A DNA stretch of 64,000 nt from Eledone cirrhosa. Taxonomy: Eukaryota. Positions within the stretch are counted from its first letter, which is position 1; every line of letters begins with the position of its first letter. A program made the translations under genes and the position numbers. The notes beneath the pieces were generated by a model, which was not told the origin of the DNA, did no database searches, and saw only the letters and a list, made by a program, of their open reading frames with translations. The DNA is taken from contig OZ024743.1 of assembly GCA_964016885.1 (NCBI GenBank), positions 269,762,001 to 269,826,000 on the forward strand, written 5' to 3'. Of the stretch, positions 25,207-39,423 are shown one piece after another.

Positions 25207-26032
25207 ATTATTTATGCGTCTTTTACTTGATTTATGCAAATATACTCAAAGGACGGAGCAGTCCTGTATATATGCATACATATATATATATAGGGCAGCT
25301 CCGTCCTTTGAGAACATTTGCATAAATTTAGTAAAAGACGCATAAATAATGAATCATAGCTGCTTTTAAGCTAAAATTGATACGAATAATCCCGAAAGTC
25401 TTCTTGACGGATCCATTGGAATCCACCGTTAGCATGAATGTCTGATTCAGTACGAGCTCTGAAACGACGTTGATATGCCCGAATCAGATGATCTTTATCT
25501 ATTTCAAACATCGATGAACGCAAAAGACATATTCTATCTGAGAAGAATTTAATGTAATATTTTCTTGCTCTTTCATTTGAACGGTGTAATACCGAATTAC
25601 GTCTGGGGCTGACTACCATTCTCTCCGAAATGATAACATTAATATTAGTTATTGTGTAAATGTCTACACCGCATGATAACTATTATATACTCACCACATA
25701 AAATATGTCATCAATAACATAACTTTTGTTTTATCACGCAGGGAGTGTTTCTGAGTAATTAAGCACACTGATTAACCTCAAAGCCTTGCCCATGCAAATA
25801 TATATCTACTGAGGGATTATTTCTTTATTACTTTGTCAAGTGTAGTGAAATCTACTCTTCATTGAGATCTAATGAAACCAAAACTTACCTGCAGTTGTCT
25901 CTTCTTAATGAAATGATTAAAATATTTGTTAGCTATTTAGAAAATGTTTTGTTTTTATCGCGGTCAAAACATTTCTAATTTTATTTTTTGTAGAAGGGAA
26001 AAGAAAACAAAAAAACAAACAAACAAAAACAA

Positions 26033-26310
26033 AGGCGTGTGGTTACGGTGTTGGACTTAAGATCATAATGTCTAGGGTTCGATTCCTGGACTGTGAATCG
26101 AGTTGTGTTCTTGAGCAAAACATCCCTTTTTACGTTGCTAGAGTATATTCGGTTCAAAATGAATACCAGCAGACGTGGGTATTTAACCATGCGATGGATT
26201 AATGTCCAATCCAGGGGGAAATCTTAGACTTTCAGTCACTAAACAGCACGGAAACTGGGGTAAGCACTGTTAAGAAGAGTCTTCGGGATTGAGACGGTCT
26301 TTAGCGTTTA
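26033..26310 (+). mobile_element. Old tRNA-derived SINE of a second family
   Basis: B-box ggttcgattcc, then gttgtgttcttgagcaaaaca and gcgatggattaatgtccaatccaggggga, motifs typical of conserved-domain metazoan SINEs. Confidence 0.6.
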
Positions 26311-26676
26311 GAAGGGAAAATAAAAAGGGCTTTAATCAGGATACAAGGGAGCAATGTCAGAAAACAAAGATGAGGATGCAAAAAAAACAAAAAAAACAAA
26401 GAAATGGTTGTAGAACTTGTAACTTTCATACATTTACAACAAGATTTTGCTATGTTTAGAGGAGGAAGTGTGACAGCTATAATCGGAAATGTGAAAGAGA
26501 AAGTGGGTCGTGAACACGGTACGCCATGAGCATAAGTTTCTCCGTTGCTTCGCCCATCAGCAACGCTTATCAGAAAAGATTACAAGGAAACCACATTGTC
26601 ACATAAATCATAAAGGATACTATCGAAAACTACTTTAGGAAATTGATTTTTTTTATGTGTTCCTCCTGTATGTGTA

Positions 26677-26769
<93 letters not shown>

Positions 26770-27179
26770 TATAAATATATATATATTTATATATATATAT
26801 ATATAAAATATATACATACATATTTGTATTAATGTGTGTGTAATTATATAAATGCATACATACGTATAAATATGTATATAGGTATGAACGACGTGTCTAC
26901 AACACACATACACACTCATATATATATATATACATTTACATACATACACACAATTGTGCACACACACACGCATACATACATAGGCATACGTACATTGTTT
27001 CGTATTTGAAATGGACTCTCTGGTCATAAAGCCTAACCCAGAAGCTTATTATATTTACACAGCTTTCATTGAGCCGTTCTCTCTATAAAACCTCCTCTTT
27101 CTCACCACTCATCATTCCCATCTATTATCGCAGATCTTTGACACCTTACTTAAACGAACAGGGCAGAATCATGTAATGA

Positions 27180-27272
27180 ATTCTTCTTCTTCTTCTTCTT
27201 CCTTCTTCTTCTTCTTCTTCTTCTTCTTCTTCTTCTTCTTCTTTCTTTTGCCGTTATAATTGTTATGTTTAT

Positions 27273-27325
<53 letters not shown>

Positions 27326-27348
27326 GCACCACCACCTCCACCACAACC

Positions 27349-27416
<68 letters not shown>

Positions 27417-27456
27417 CACCACCACCACCACCACCACCACCACCACCACCACCACC

Positions 27457-27511
<55 letters not shown>

Positions 27512-27512
27512 G
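27180..27512. repeat. Compound trinucleotide microsatellite (CTT)n then (CTA)n/(CCA)n
   Basis: Direct inspection; explains the poly-V/S/G/T/L/P ORFs. Confidence 0.95.
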
Positions 27513-28056
27513 TATTATTCTGATGTTGATTACGATATATATCAGTTTCCGATACGTAGGTTTCACTTGTTAGCTTAGTTTCCGAAACTATGGAGAATGG
27601 GTCAGGAACTGAGCGTTGTTCTGTGTGTGTGTATGTATGTATGTATGTATGTATGTATGTATGTATGTATGTATGTATGTATGTATGTATGTATGTATGC
27701 ATGTATGTATGTATGTATGTGTGTAGATATGTATGTGTGTGTGTATGTGTGTATGTATGTGTGTAAGTATGTATGTCTATATGTAGGCATGTATGTATGT
27801 ATGTATGTATGCAATAATGTATGTATGTATGTTCTTCTGGTTTTATAATTTCACAAAGTTTTACCAATAGAGAGAGAGTCGGTTTCTAACATAGACACAA
27901 AACTCTCTCATTGGAATTTACACATCAACTAGGTAGATATGTATGTATGCATGCCTGTGTAGATATGGATGTTATTGTATGTGTGGATGTGTATGTTTTG
28001 AGTTGTATGTGTGCATGTGTATATGCTTTGTATCTGTACATATGTATATGCAGTTA

Positions 28057-28765
28057 TTAGATGCAACATTTTTGGAATGTTTTACATATTTTTACTGTTC
28101 CATTAATGGATTGTACTTGTAATTTCCTAACTAGTTGGGTTCTTTCTGTTCGTGTGAAGCATAGCTTCTCAATATTTGTATTGGAGCAGTTACTAACATA
28201 TCCCAGTGCCCCAATAATCACAGGCATAAATCTGAAGGTGTAATCAGGGTAGAGTATCTGTAGATTTTTCATCAGTTCTGCATAAATATTCTCCTTTTCA
28301 CTAATCTTTGATATTATATTGGCATATGCTGGGCAGCTAATTGCCACTACTGTGCATGTTTTCTTCTCCCTGTCCCATATCATAATTCTAGTCTGTTATG
28401 CTTGCATTTTATTGGGGTTTTTACTGGAACATTCCACCAGTACTTTTTCATATTATGTACATGGATGTCTTCCACATTGTTGTAGCTTTTAATGTGTTTA
28501 TTATCGGGGCTATCTTTTTTACGAACTGCATTGTACAGTGTTTTGGCGACTACATAATGCCGCATAGGTAGATAGTACCGCGATGACATCTTTGGACAGC
28601 TGCTGATGACATGGGTGATATCCTCGATGTTAGTTCTGCAGAGTCTGCATTTGTTATCACATCTAGGTGTTTTGCCTGCATCCCTATCTGTTTTGTGAAT
28701 TAAGTATTTCGTGCTAATCTCCTGTTCCTGGATTGCAAAAGCGTATCCTTCAAAGTGGGAGCCAA
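28057..28765 (-). pseudogene. R4/Dong-like LINE 3' fragment: CCHC knuckle plus restriction-like endonuclease
   Basis: FAIQEQEISTK, CRLCRTNIEDITHVISSCP, RHYVVAK, HNRLEL*MIWD...VAISCP, EKENIYAEL, PVIIGALG; one internal stop; flanked by (TACA)n. Confidence 0.85.
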
Positions 28766-28851
28766 TGTATGTATGTATGTATGTATGTATGTATGTATGT
28801 ATGTATGTATGTATGTATGTATGTATGTATGTATGTATGTATGTATGTATG

Positions 28852-31800
28852 TATGGGGAGGCTGGGGTAGGATTTGCTGTTAAGACTGTATTTATGTATG
28901 TATGTATGTATGTATGTATGTATGTATGTATGTATGTATGTATGTATGTATGTATGTATGGAGAGGTTGGGGTAGGATTTGATGTTAAGACTGTACTTGT
29001 GAACAAATTAGAAGAATTCCCAGTAGGGATTAGTGAGCGTCTTATGTCCATGAGAGTTCCGCTGGACAAGGGAAGATATGCTACCCTGGTGAGTGTGTAT
29101 GCTCCAACTATGAGTTCTGTCGATGAGTAAAAAGTGTCCTTTTACCATGCCTTGAAAGGTGTTTTAAGAAATATCCCTCAGGCAGACAAAATCATCGTGC
29201 TTGGTGACTTTAATGCTAGAGTGGGTAGGGATTTTAACACATGGAATGTAATCGGAAGGCATGGGGTGGGAAAGTGTAACAGCAATGGTATGCTCCTGCT
29301 GCAGATGTGTGAGGAGCTGGATCTGTGTGTTACCAACACCATGTTCCAACAAGAGAACAAATTCAAGACCACTTGGATGCATCCTGCATCTAAGGAATGG
29401 CATCTTTTGGACAACGTCCTAGTCAGGATGCGTGACAGACAGGATGTGCGGTGTGTTCGTGTTCTTCGTGGAGCTGAGTGCTGGACGGACCACCGCCTGG
29501 TACGCGCAAAAGTGAAACTAATCACTAAACGTAAAATCCGGGCTCCTGGTGTTGCCCTGCCCAAAAGATTGAATGCTGCTCGTCTTAAGGATAAAAATGT
29601 GAAGAGGACATTGGAAGAAGAGATGCAGGCTGCAGATCTTGGTGAGGATTGGCCGACCCTTAAAAAGTCGGTTTATGATGTAGGCAGGCGTGTTCTGGGA
29701 TTGGTGCAGAGGAAACATCAGGACTGGTTTAATGAGAATGATGTACATATAGAAGACTTGTTGGCTGATAAGAGGCGTGCTCTGTCACGCTACTTGACGG
29801 CAAAACCACAGGAGAGGAATACGTTGTATGAGGAACTCAGGGATGTAAAATCACGTGTTAGGCGGAGTCTTTCTCAGATGAAGGATCAGTGGTGGAGTGA
29901 GAAGGCTGGTGAGATACAAACTGCGTCTGATTCCAATAACACAAAGCTGTTGTACAATCTCTTGCGTGAGGTTTATGGACCGTCTTCTTCTCTGGTGACA
30001 CCGCTTCGCAGCAGGGATGGCAAAGAACTTCTTCGTGACTCACAAGGAATTCTACGAAGGTGGCGAGAGCACTTTGATGATCTTTTGAATCAGCCGTTTG
30101 TCGTCAGTGAAGATTTCCTCAATCTCATTCAAGAAAGTCCTGTGAAAGTAGCTCTCGCAGAACCTCCGACGCTTGTGGAGGTTGCAGTGGCTATTTCGAA
30201 GCTGAACAGTGGAAGATCTCCAGGTATGGATGGCATACATGCTGAGCTCCTACAATATGGTGGTGCGAGACTCCTGCAACATCTTCACTCTTTGTTTGGC
30301 AGGATATGGGCTAATGAATCCGTACCTGAGGACTGGAGAGATGCAGTAATGGTGGTCTTGTACAAGGGAAAGGGTAACAGGAACGATTGTGGGAACTACA
30401 GAGGTATATCATTGCTTTCTGTCGTAGGGAAAGTTTTATGTAGGGTGCTTCTGGACCGTCTGCTGACACACATTGCAGATTGTGTTCTTCCTGAAAGTCA
30501 ATCTGGTTTTCGTGCTGGACGCGGCACTACTGATATGATCTTCTCAGCTAGACAGCTCCAGGAGAAGTGCATGGAACAAGGCTTGGATCTGTATCAGGTT
30601 TTTGTTGATCTGACAAAAGCTTTCGATACTGTTAACAGAGATGCATTATGGAAGTTTCTCCAGAAACTTGGTTGCCCTGATAAGTTCCTTACTTTAGTTG
30701 GGTCTTTCCATGACGACATGAAGGCTTGGGTTAATGTCGGGGGTAACATGTCGGAGCCTATCTCAGTAAAAAATGGAGTGAAACAGGGGGATATTCCAGC
30801 ACCGACCCTGTTTGCCATATACTTTGCAATGGTTTTCTGTATTGCATTCAGGAATTGCGAGCATGGTGTTTACATCCGATATCGAACCTCAGGCAGCATA
30901 TTTAACATCAGGCGCTTTGCTGCGAAGACAAAAGTGTTTACATCAATCATAAGAGACCTCTTGTATGCAGATGATTTCGATCTCGTAGCGCACACAGAGA
31001 GTGATATGCAGCACATTTTGAATGCATTTTCTGACGCTTGCACTGCCCTAGGTCTGACTGTCAGTCTCAAGAAAACCGTCGTCATGTACCAACCTGCCCC
31101 TGGTAAGCAGTACACTGAACCAAACATCTATGTGTATGGCAAACGACTTGGAGTGGTTGATCAGTTTGTCTACCTGGGAAGCACTGTCAATCAATACAGC
31201 AACCATGACAGTGAAATCTCACTTAGGATTAGGAAAGCAAGTGATGCTTTCGGAAAGCTAGAAAGGCGACTCTGGGGTCGGCGAGACATATGCAGGAGGA
31301 CAAAGGTAAAGGTGTACAGGGCATGTGTGCTCTCTTGTCTTCTTTATGCCTGCGAGACCTGGGTCACATATCGACACCACCTTAAGCAATTGGAGCGTTT
31401 CCATCAGATGTGTCTCAGACGGATCCATGGCGTTCACTGGAGGGACCACATCAGTGATGTCGAGATTTTGGAAAGCTCTATGTGTGACAGTATAGAAGCT
31501 CTTGTGCTTAAGCAACGACTCCGTTGGAGTGGTCACCTTGCCAGGATGAGGGTTTCTAGAATACCAAAACAACTCTTTTATGGAGAGTTGGTTAAAGGAA
31601 AACGACCACCACATAAACCAAAAAAGAGGTATAAGGATTCCTTGAAAGCCTCTCTGAAAGACGCTAACATCTCTACTGATACATGGGAGAATATTGCTGC
31701 TGATCGTAATAAATGGAGAAAGACTGTATATGAGGGAAAAGTTGCCTTTGAGGCATCTCGAATCGCATACGAGAAAGTAAAGCGGGATGTGAGGAAGAGC

Positions 31801-32152
31801 ATTGCTGTTGCACTTCCAGACGGCGAGGGTCCTCCTATGGTGCTGACATGCAGCGTATGTGCGAGACTCTGCCTAAGCAAAGCTGGACTCGAAAGTCATC
31901 TTCGCAGTCATAAAGTAAGACCAGTGGTTGACTACCAGGCTGCTGTTGGAGATGCTACTCATCATGCTTGCCAAACATGTGGTAGAGAATGTAAATCAGC
32001 AGGAGGGCTCAAGCGACATGCAAAAGTACACGAACTCCAACCACAGCCGATTATTCCCAGTAAATGTTTTGGTTGCCGACTCTGTGCAAGACATTTTAGA
32101 TCATTGGCTGGGCTAAAAAGCCACATTCGATCGCAGCGCTGTTAGTTGCTAT

Positions 32153-32198
<46 letters not shown>

Positions 32199-32349
32199 GG
32201 CTTGTGTGTGTGCGTGTGTGTGTATATATATATATGTATATGTATATTATTATTGTTGTTGTCGTTATTATTATTGTTGTTATTATTATTATTATTATTG
32301 TTATTAATGTATGTGTGTGTGAGTATGTGTGTGTGTATATATATGTATG

Positions 32350-32386
<37 letters not shown>

Positions 32387-32493
32387 CTTTGTTTTTTTTT
32401 CTTTTTATTTATTTATTATTATTATTATTATTTTTTTTTTTTTTTTTTCTCGTGCAATGGCCATACTCGATAACGAGGGGGGCAGCCATCATG
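28852..32493 (+). mobile_element. RTE-clade LINE, 5'-truncated within the APE domain
   Basis: APE-RT single ORF, microsatellite-expanded 3' UTR, terminal stem-loop ctcgataacgag then (GTAT)n; the 5' end shows a 39-bp duplication (about 28852-28890 / 28958-28996) separated by (TATG)n. Confidence 0.9.
28958..32145 (+). pseudogene. RTE ORF (APE + RT + three C2H2-type zinc fingers); single in-frame stop at 29128-29130, otherwise open for about 1000 aa
   Basis: GVGF, VSVYAPT, LGDFNARVG, TDHRLV, NYRGISLLS, FVDLTKAFD, GVKQG, LYADD, FVYLGS, RLRWSGH; CSVC..H..H, CQTC..H..H, CRLC..H. Confidence 0.92.
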
Positions 32494-32714
32494 TATGTAT
32501 GTATGTATGTATGTATGCAAGAATATATTATGCATGTATGTATATATATATGTAAGTATGTATGTGTGTGTGTATGTATACATGCATGTGCATGTATATA
32601 TGCATGTAGGTCGGTATGTATGCAAGTATGTCTGTATTCATGAATGTATGCATCTATGTATGAATATATAAATATATAAACGTATGTATGTATGTATTTA
32701 TGTAAGTAAGTAAC

Positions 32715-33096
32715 AAAGGGCAGAAGAACTCGTAAGAGTCAACGGCCATCCGAAAGTGTGTAAATATGTATATAGACATGTACCGCGTGGTTAAACCACT
32801 GGGAGTGAAGGACCCCTAGCCTTTGTCAGGGCATTCTTCTAGGAGAAGGCAACTCAGGAAACTGGGATAACTCCGATATAAAACCTGCGGCTCAGTAGTT
32901 ACCGATGATGTTGATCTTTTCTTCTTTTCGGGTTATAGCTACTGTCGCTCAGAGAGTGAGATTGGCTCAGTGCACAGTCTTTCCTCACTTTAAAAAATCT
33001 CTTTATGCACAGGCATTGCACGATAGAATTAATAAATAATTATTAATAATGGTATAACGTGCAACCCATACTCGATAACGAGGGGGCAGCCATCAT
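32715..33096 (+). mobile_element. Probable RTE-related non-autonomous fragment ending in the same RTE 3' stem-loop
   Basis: ctaggagaaggcaactc RTE-5'-like motif; ccatactcgataacgagggggcagccatcat at about 33066-33096 followed by (GTAT)n. Confidence 0.5.
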
Positions 33097-33183
33097 GCAA
33101 GTATGTATGTGTGTATGTATGTATGTATGTATGTATGTATGTATGTATGTATGTATGTATGTATGTATGCATGCATGTGCATT

Positions 33184-33217
<34 letters not shown>

Positions 33218-33639
33218 TGTATGTATGTATGTATGTATGTATGTACGTATGTATTTATGCACGTATGTATTTATGTATGTATGTTTATATCTTATTTATG
33301 GTATGAAGGTATGGTACGTATGAATATTAGTGTCTATGTGTATATGTATGTATCTATCTATGAATATGTATATGTATGTATGTTTATGTAAGTTTATGTA
33401 TTTATATTATAGAACGTATGACTGTTTGTGACTATGTATGTACGTGTGTATGCAGGTGTCTGGTATGATGCTTGTAAATTATGGAATGCTGTATTAGTAC
33501 AGATTTATTAAATTTCTGCTTCATTTATGTTCATCCTGAGATAAAACTGTATAACTATTTAAGTATGTATGCATTTAGGAATGTATGTGTGTATGTATCA
33601 ATATATATATATGTATGTGTGTATGTATGTATGTATGTA

Positions 33640-34625
<986 letters not shown>

Positions 34626-34628
<3 letters not shown>

Positions 34629-34820
34629 AAAGGGTAACACACTAGAGAAAGAGAGAGATCGTCTGCTATCAATAAAACAGGGAAAACCACCAGTGTATGG
34701 AATCTATAACCTATGGAAGGCAGGGTAGATACACAATAATTAAAAATATAAAATGGTTTTCCCTGTTTTATTGATGGGACACGATCTCTCTCCCTCTCTA
34801 GTGTGTTACCCTTTCAACAT
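34626..34820. repeat. Inverted-repeat element (about 65-bp arms)
   Basis: ttgaaagggtaacacactagag...aataaaacagggaaaacca / tggttttccctgttttattg...ctctagtgtgttaccctttcaa. Confidence 0.8.
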
Positions 34821-34922
34821 ATTGTATTTTAAGGAGCTCAGGATTCCTTTTCCTTTGAGCACATTATTGACAGGGAATAACGAGTCTATGGCTCCGTTAA
34901 TTTATCGTGATATATATATATA

Positions 34923-36401
34923 TATATTGGTAAACGGAATAGAAAATGCTGACAAATTGTTCACAGTTGAAAAATGGTTTAATTAGGAATAAAAGAGTAT
35001 TAGTAATTGTATGGGTTAGTATTCAGTTGTGGTTTTAAGTTTTTAAGTTTTTACCGGTTGCGCATTTCTAAATACTTTTCAAAAATAATTTTGAGATAGA
35101 GTGTCCGTGTTGTTTGCTCTGATCTGATTAGTTTTGGGAATTCTACCTGTTTTTATGTTAAAAAAGTGGCTCCAGCGTTACTTTGGTGTTGCAGAAATTC
35201 TTGTGGTCAAAACAATTTTGATTGGTCGGTAGAGGTCATGTGAATGTAAAAAATTGATTTTGCGCCAAGACTGTTTTTATACCCTTATAAATGGGCTCAA
35301 CACGAATATTAACTTCACGATGGAATACAGCCATCAACAACTCCCCTTCCTCGACATCCTCATTAAGATCCATAACAAAAAAGATAGAAACAGACATATA
35401 CTACAAGCCCACAGACTCCAAGCAATATCTCCCCTTCAACTCTTGCCACCCTAGACACGTTAAAATTAATATTCCCTACAACTTAGCCAAGAGAATCTGT
35501 ACTATAGTCTCCAATAAAAACATCTGCTACTTACGGCTACAAGAACTAAAGGACACACTCATAGGCAGGGACTACCCTGCATCACTAATTGACAATGGAA
35601 TCCAACGTGCCCTAAAACTCAGTACCCAGGACCTTAGACACCCTAAAGTAAATCAACCGAAACTAAAAGCTCTTCCATACATCTCCACACACAACCCCCT
35701 CAACAATGAGGCCTTTGACACCATCCTCCAGAACATCCCTGTGTTGAAAAAGGACCATAGAATGAACCAAATTCTACGAACATACGATATCATAAAGAGC
35801 AAAAGACAATCCACGTCAATGAAAAACATCCTAACACATGCCAAAGTACTGCCAACCACAACAACGAAACCCACAGTAAAAAAATGCGATAGACCCAACT
35901 GTGGCATTTGCATCAACCTAATAGAGGGTTCGGAATTCTATTTCAAAGATGGACAACGTTTTATAGTAAAACACAATTTCACATGTGCATCGGAAAATCT
36001 AATATATGTATTAACTTGCTCAGGTTGTCGAGAACAATACATAGGCCAGACCAAAAACAGCCTCCGCCAACGCATGACTGTCCATAGATCCCAAATTAAA
36101 ATACGGGAATACAGGAAAATACCACTGAGTGAACACATTGATACCTGTGCCGCCCAAAATCGTCCCAACTTCAGAGTATTTCCCCTCTACAAATTTAAAG
36201 ATAATGCCACCCACACCCAGCGCATCAGCAAGGAATCTTACTTCATTAACAAATACGGACCCCGTCTAAACACTTCCCCCTAAGACGAACCCACAACATA
36301 CACACGTCAACATACATACCTACATCAGCACACATCTCTACCCACATATAAACACAATGACATACGTAAACACACATGCTCTATGGTGCAACAGAAAAAA
36401 A

Positions 36402-36469
<68 letters not shown>

Positions 36470-36639
36470 ATATATGTATGTGTATATATATATAGTGAAT
36501 ATCATTTCACACTTTTTATTGTTAAGATTTTTGATGTTCTATTAAGAGAACCGATTTTACTGAAAATATCGAATAATGTACACCATTTTACCAGGGGGAA
36601 AAAAATACTGGTCCACCCACACACACACACACACACATT

Positions 36640-36677
<38 letters not shown>

Positions 36678-37600
36678 CACACACACATACACACGCGTAC
36701 ATTAACATACAAAGAGACTTATACACACACACACACACACACGCACTTCTCCGTATAAGACAAAAGCTGAAATATATCTTTTGACATGCTAAAATACCCC
36801 CATTGCTTACAGACACATTCTTACTGATCATCCCTGCTACCACGAATTACTCTGCTATATATACACACACACACACACACACTTATCTTAATAGCCATTT
36901 GACACACATCCCTGCTAACCATTATCACAACATCGAATACCTTACTACTACTACACACGCACACACACACACACACATATTTGTTGTGAAAGAGTCATTT
37001 CTCAATCTTGGCGCAAAACCAATTTTTTATTCACATGACCTCTACCGACCAATCAAAATTGTTTTGACCACAAGAATTTTTGCAAACACCAAGTAGCCCT
37101 GGAGCCACTTTTTTAACATAAAAACAGTCTTGGCGCAAAATCAATTTTTTACATTCACATGACCTCTACCGACCAATCAAAATTGTTTTGACCACAAGAA
37201 TTTTTGCAAACACCAAGTAGCGCTGGAGCCACTTTTTTAACATAAAAACAGTCTTGGCGCAAAATCAATTTTTTACATTCACATGACCTCTACCGACCAA
37301 TCAAAATTGTTTTGACCACAAGAATTTTTGCAACACCAAAGTAACGCTGGAGCCACTTTTTTAACATAAAAACAGGTAGAATTCCTAAAACTAATCAGAT
37401 CAGAGCAAACAACACGGACACTCTATCTCAAAATTATTTTTGAAAAGCATTTAGAAATGCGCAACCGGTAAAAACTTAAAATCTTAAAACCACAACTGAA
37501 TACTAACCCATACAATTACTAATACTCTTTTATTCCTAATTAAACCATTTTTCAACTGTGAACAATTTGTCAGCATTTTCTATTCCGTTTACCAATATAT
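34923..37600 (+). mobile_element. Penelope-like element, 5'-truncated, with inverted pseudo-LTR
   Basis: 34923-35275 is the reverse complement of about 37250-37600; the arms enclose the RT-thumb/GIY-YIG ORF; three tandem ~123-bp units at 37006-37374. Confidence 0.9.
35274..36283 (+). pseudogene. Penelope-like RT C-terminal part, Cys linker and GIY-YIG endonuclease; frameshift near 35380
   Basis: NINFTME..QLPFLDILI; TDIYYKPTD..YLPFNSCHP; KCDRPNCGIC; FTCASENLIYVLTCSGCREQYIGQT..LRQRMTVH; KESYFINKY...LN. Confidence 0.92.
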
Positions 37601-37630
37601 AATAACTTGTGTGTTACATCTCTATTCTTT

Positions 37631-37672
<42 letters not shown>

Positions 37673-37677
<5 letters not shown>

Positions 37678-38445
37678 AATATAGAGAAAAATACTGCAGG
37701 TAGCACATGGATAACATGTAATAAAATGAGTCCCTCATCAGTGATTTGCCGACGATCATAGATATTTCATTGCATTAAAAATCATATACCTCACGTCGGT
37801 GCAATAATAACCAAAATAAGTTATTAGGACAATTGAAACGCGTAAAGCGAGTGAGACAGGAGAACAACAAAGAGTATAGCTAACCGTAGGGGAAAGAAAC
37901 AAGCTTCAAAATTATTCTGTTTAGCATAAGCTAGGTGAATATATGAGCGCTTTTAGAAAAAAGACCTGACACGAACGATGGCCATGTGAGAAGAGAGAAA
38001 ATATAGCCTTCGTCGTGTACAGGATGAAGCGAAGAGAAGAGAAACAGTGAGTGAGTGAAAGTGTGAGGAAGAGCTAACTGACATGACAGAGGGGTCGAAA
38101 GAAAGTAGGAGAAACAGAGAGAATGGGGGAACAGTAAGAGAGAGAGAGAAAAACACAGAATCGCAGTTTGGGTAAATATATGTAATAAATATAGAGAAAA
38201 ATACTGCAGGTAGCACATGGATAACATGTAATAAAATGAGTCCCTCATCAGTGATTTGCCGACGATCATAGATATTTCATTGCATTAAAAATCATATACC
38301 TCACGTCGGTGCAATAATAACCAAAATAAGTTATTAGGACAATTGAAACGCGTAAAGCGAGTGAGACAGGAGAACAACAAAGAGTATAGCTAACCGTAGG
38401 AGAAAGAAACAAGCTTCAAAATTATTCTGTTTAGCATAAGCTAGG

Positions 38446-38452
<7 letters not shown>
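37673..38452. repeat. About 270-bp near-identical direct repeats (37673-37944, 38183-38452) in (TA)n; pseudo-LTR-like
   Basis: taataaatatagagaaaaatactgcagg...ttagcataagctaggtgaatatat occurs twice; contains minus-strand CTGATGAGGG and plus-strand gaaacgcgt. Confidence 0.85.
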
Positions 38453-38480
<28 letters not shown>

Positions 38481-38556
38481 GCATGTATATATATATATCT
38501 ATATCGACAGCGTATAGTTTTAATCATCAATCAATCTTTGTCTCCATTCTCTTTCT

Positions 38557-38739
<183 letters not shown>

Positions 38740-39423
38740 TGTGTGTATATATATGTGAGTATATATATACATTTGCATACATGGATACACATACATATAT
38801 AATTGTATATATGTATAATTGTATATAATGTATAATAAACAATACACTATAATTACCTCATTACCAGAGGTTTCCCTAATAAGACGAATACAAGAAACGT
38901 CCTCATTCGTTCGTCGGACAAAGCAATTTAAAATAGTGAAATATTTGAAAACTCTCCTCAAGAAAGGCAAAAGTTTAACGGGCAAAAAAAATATAAATAA
39001 AAGTAATGCAAGAGATATATAAAAATAAAATAAGGAAATATAGTTAGGGTATGTGTATAAATGTATGTATATTCACTCACAATAAATAATTGTATATATG
39101 TATAAAAGGGGTGTATATGAAAACATATAACCTATATATATATAAATAGATACAATAAAAACATGCGTAGCCTCGCAAATCGAAAGAAAAATATTATTTC
39201 TTTTCCTCTGTGAATATACCACACAGTCTGTCAGTACGTTCGAGAAAGCCAGAGCACTGCTTCAAGATTTATTAGAATTTCATTGGTGACAATCACTCAA
39301 CCTGAACTGACATGGAAATGGACTAGACCCTATGTAGAATTTTACCTGATGAACATTTACTGGAGATACTTATTTGCATATTAAGGCATTGACACAAACT
39401 TACAAATAAATAAATATAGATAT

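Noticed and set aside
25371-25619. 82-aa minus-strand ORF with protein-like composition
   Set aside because: No recognisable motif and no convincing splice sites; it cannot be supported without a homology search.
27150-27867. Poly-Val, poly-Ser/Gly, poly-Thr and poly-Leu/Pro ORFs
   Set aside because: Readings of a compound trinucleotide microsatellite.
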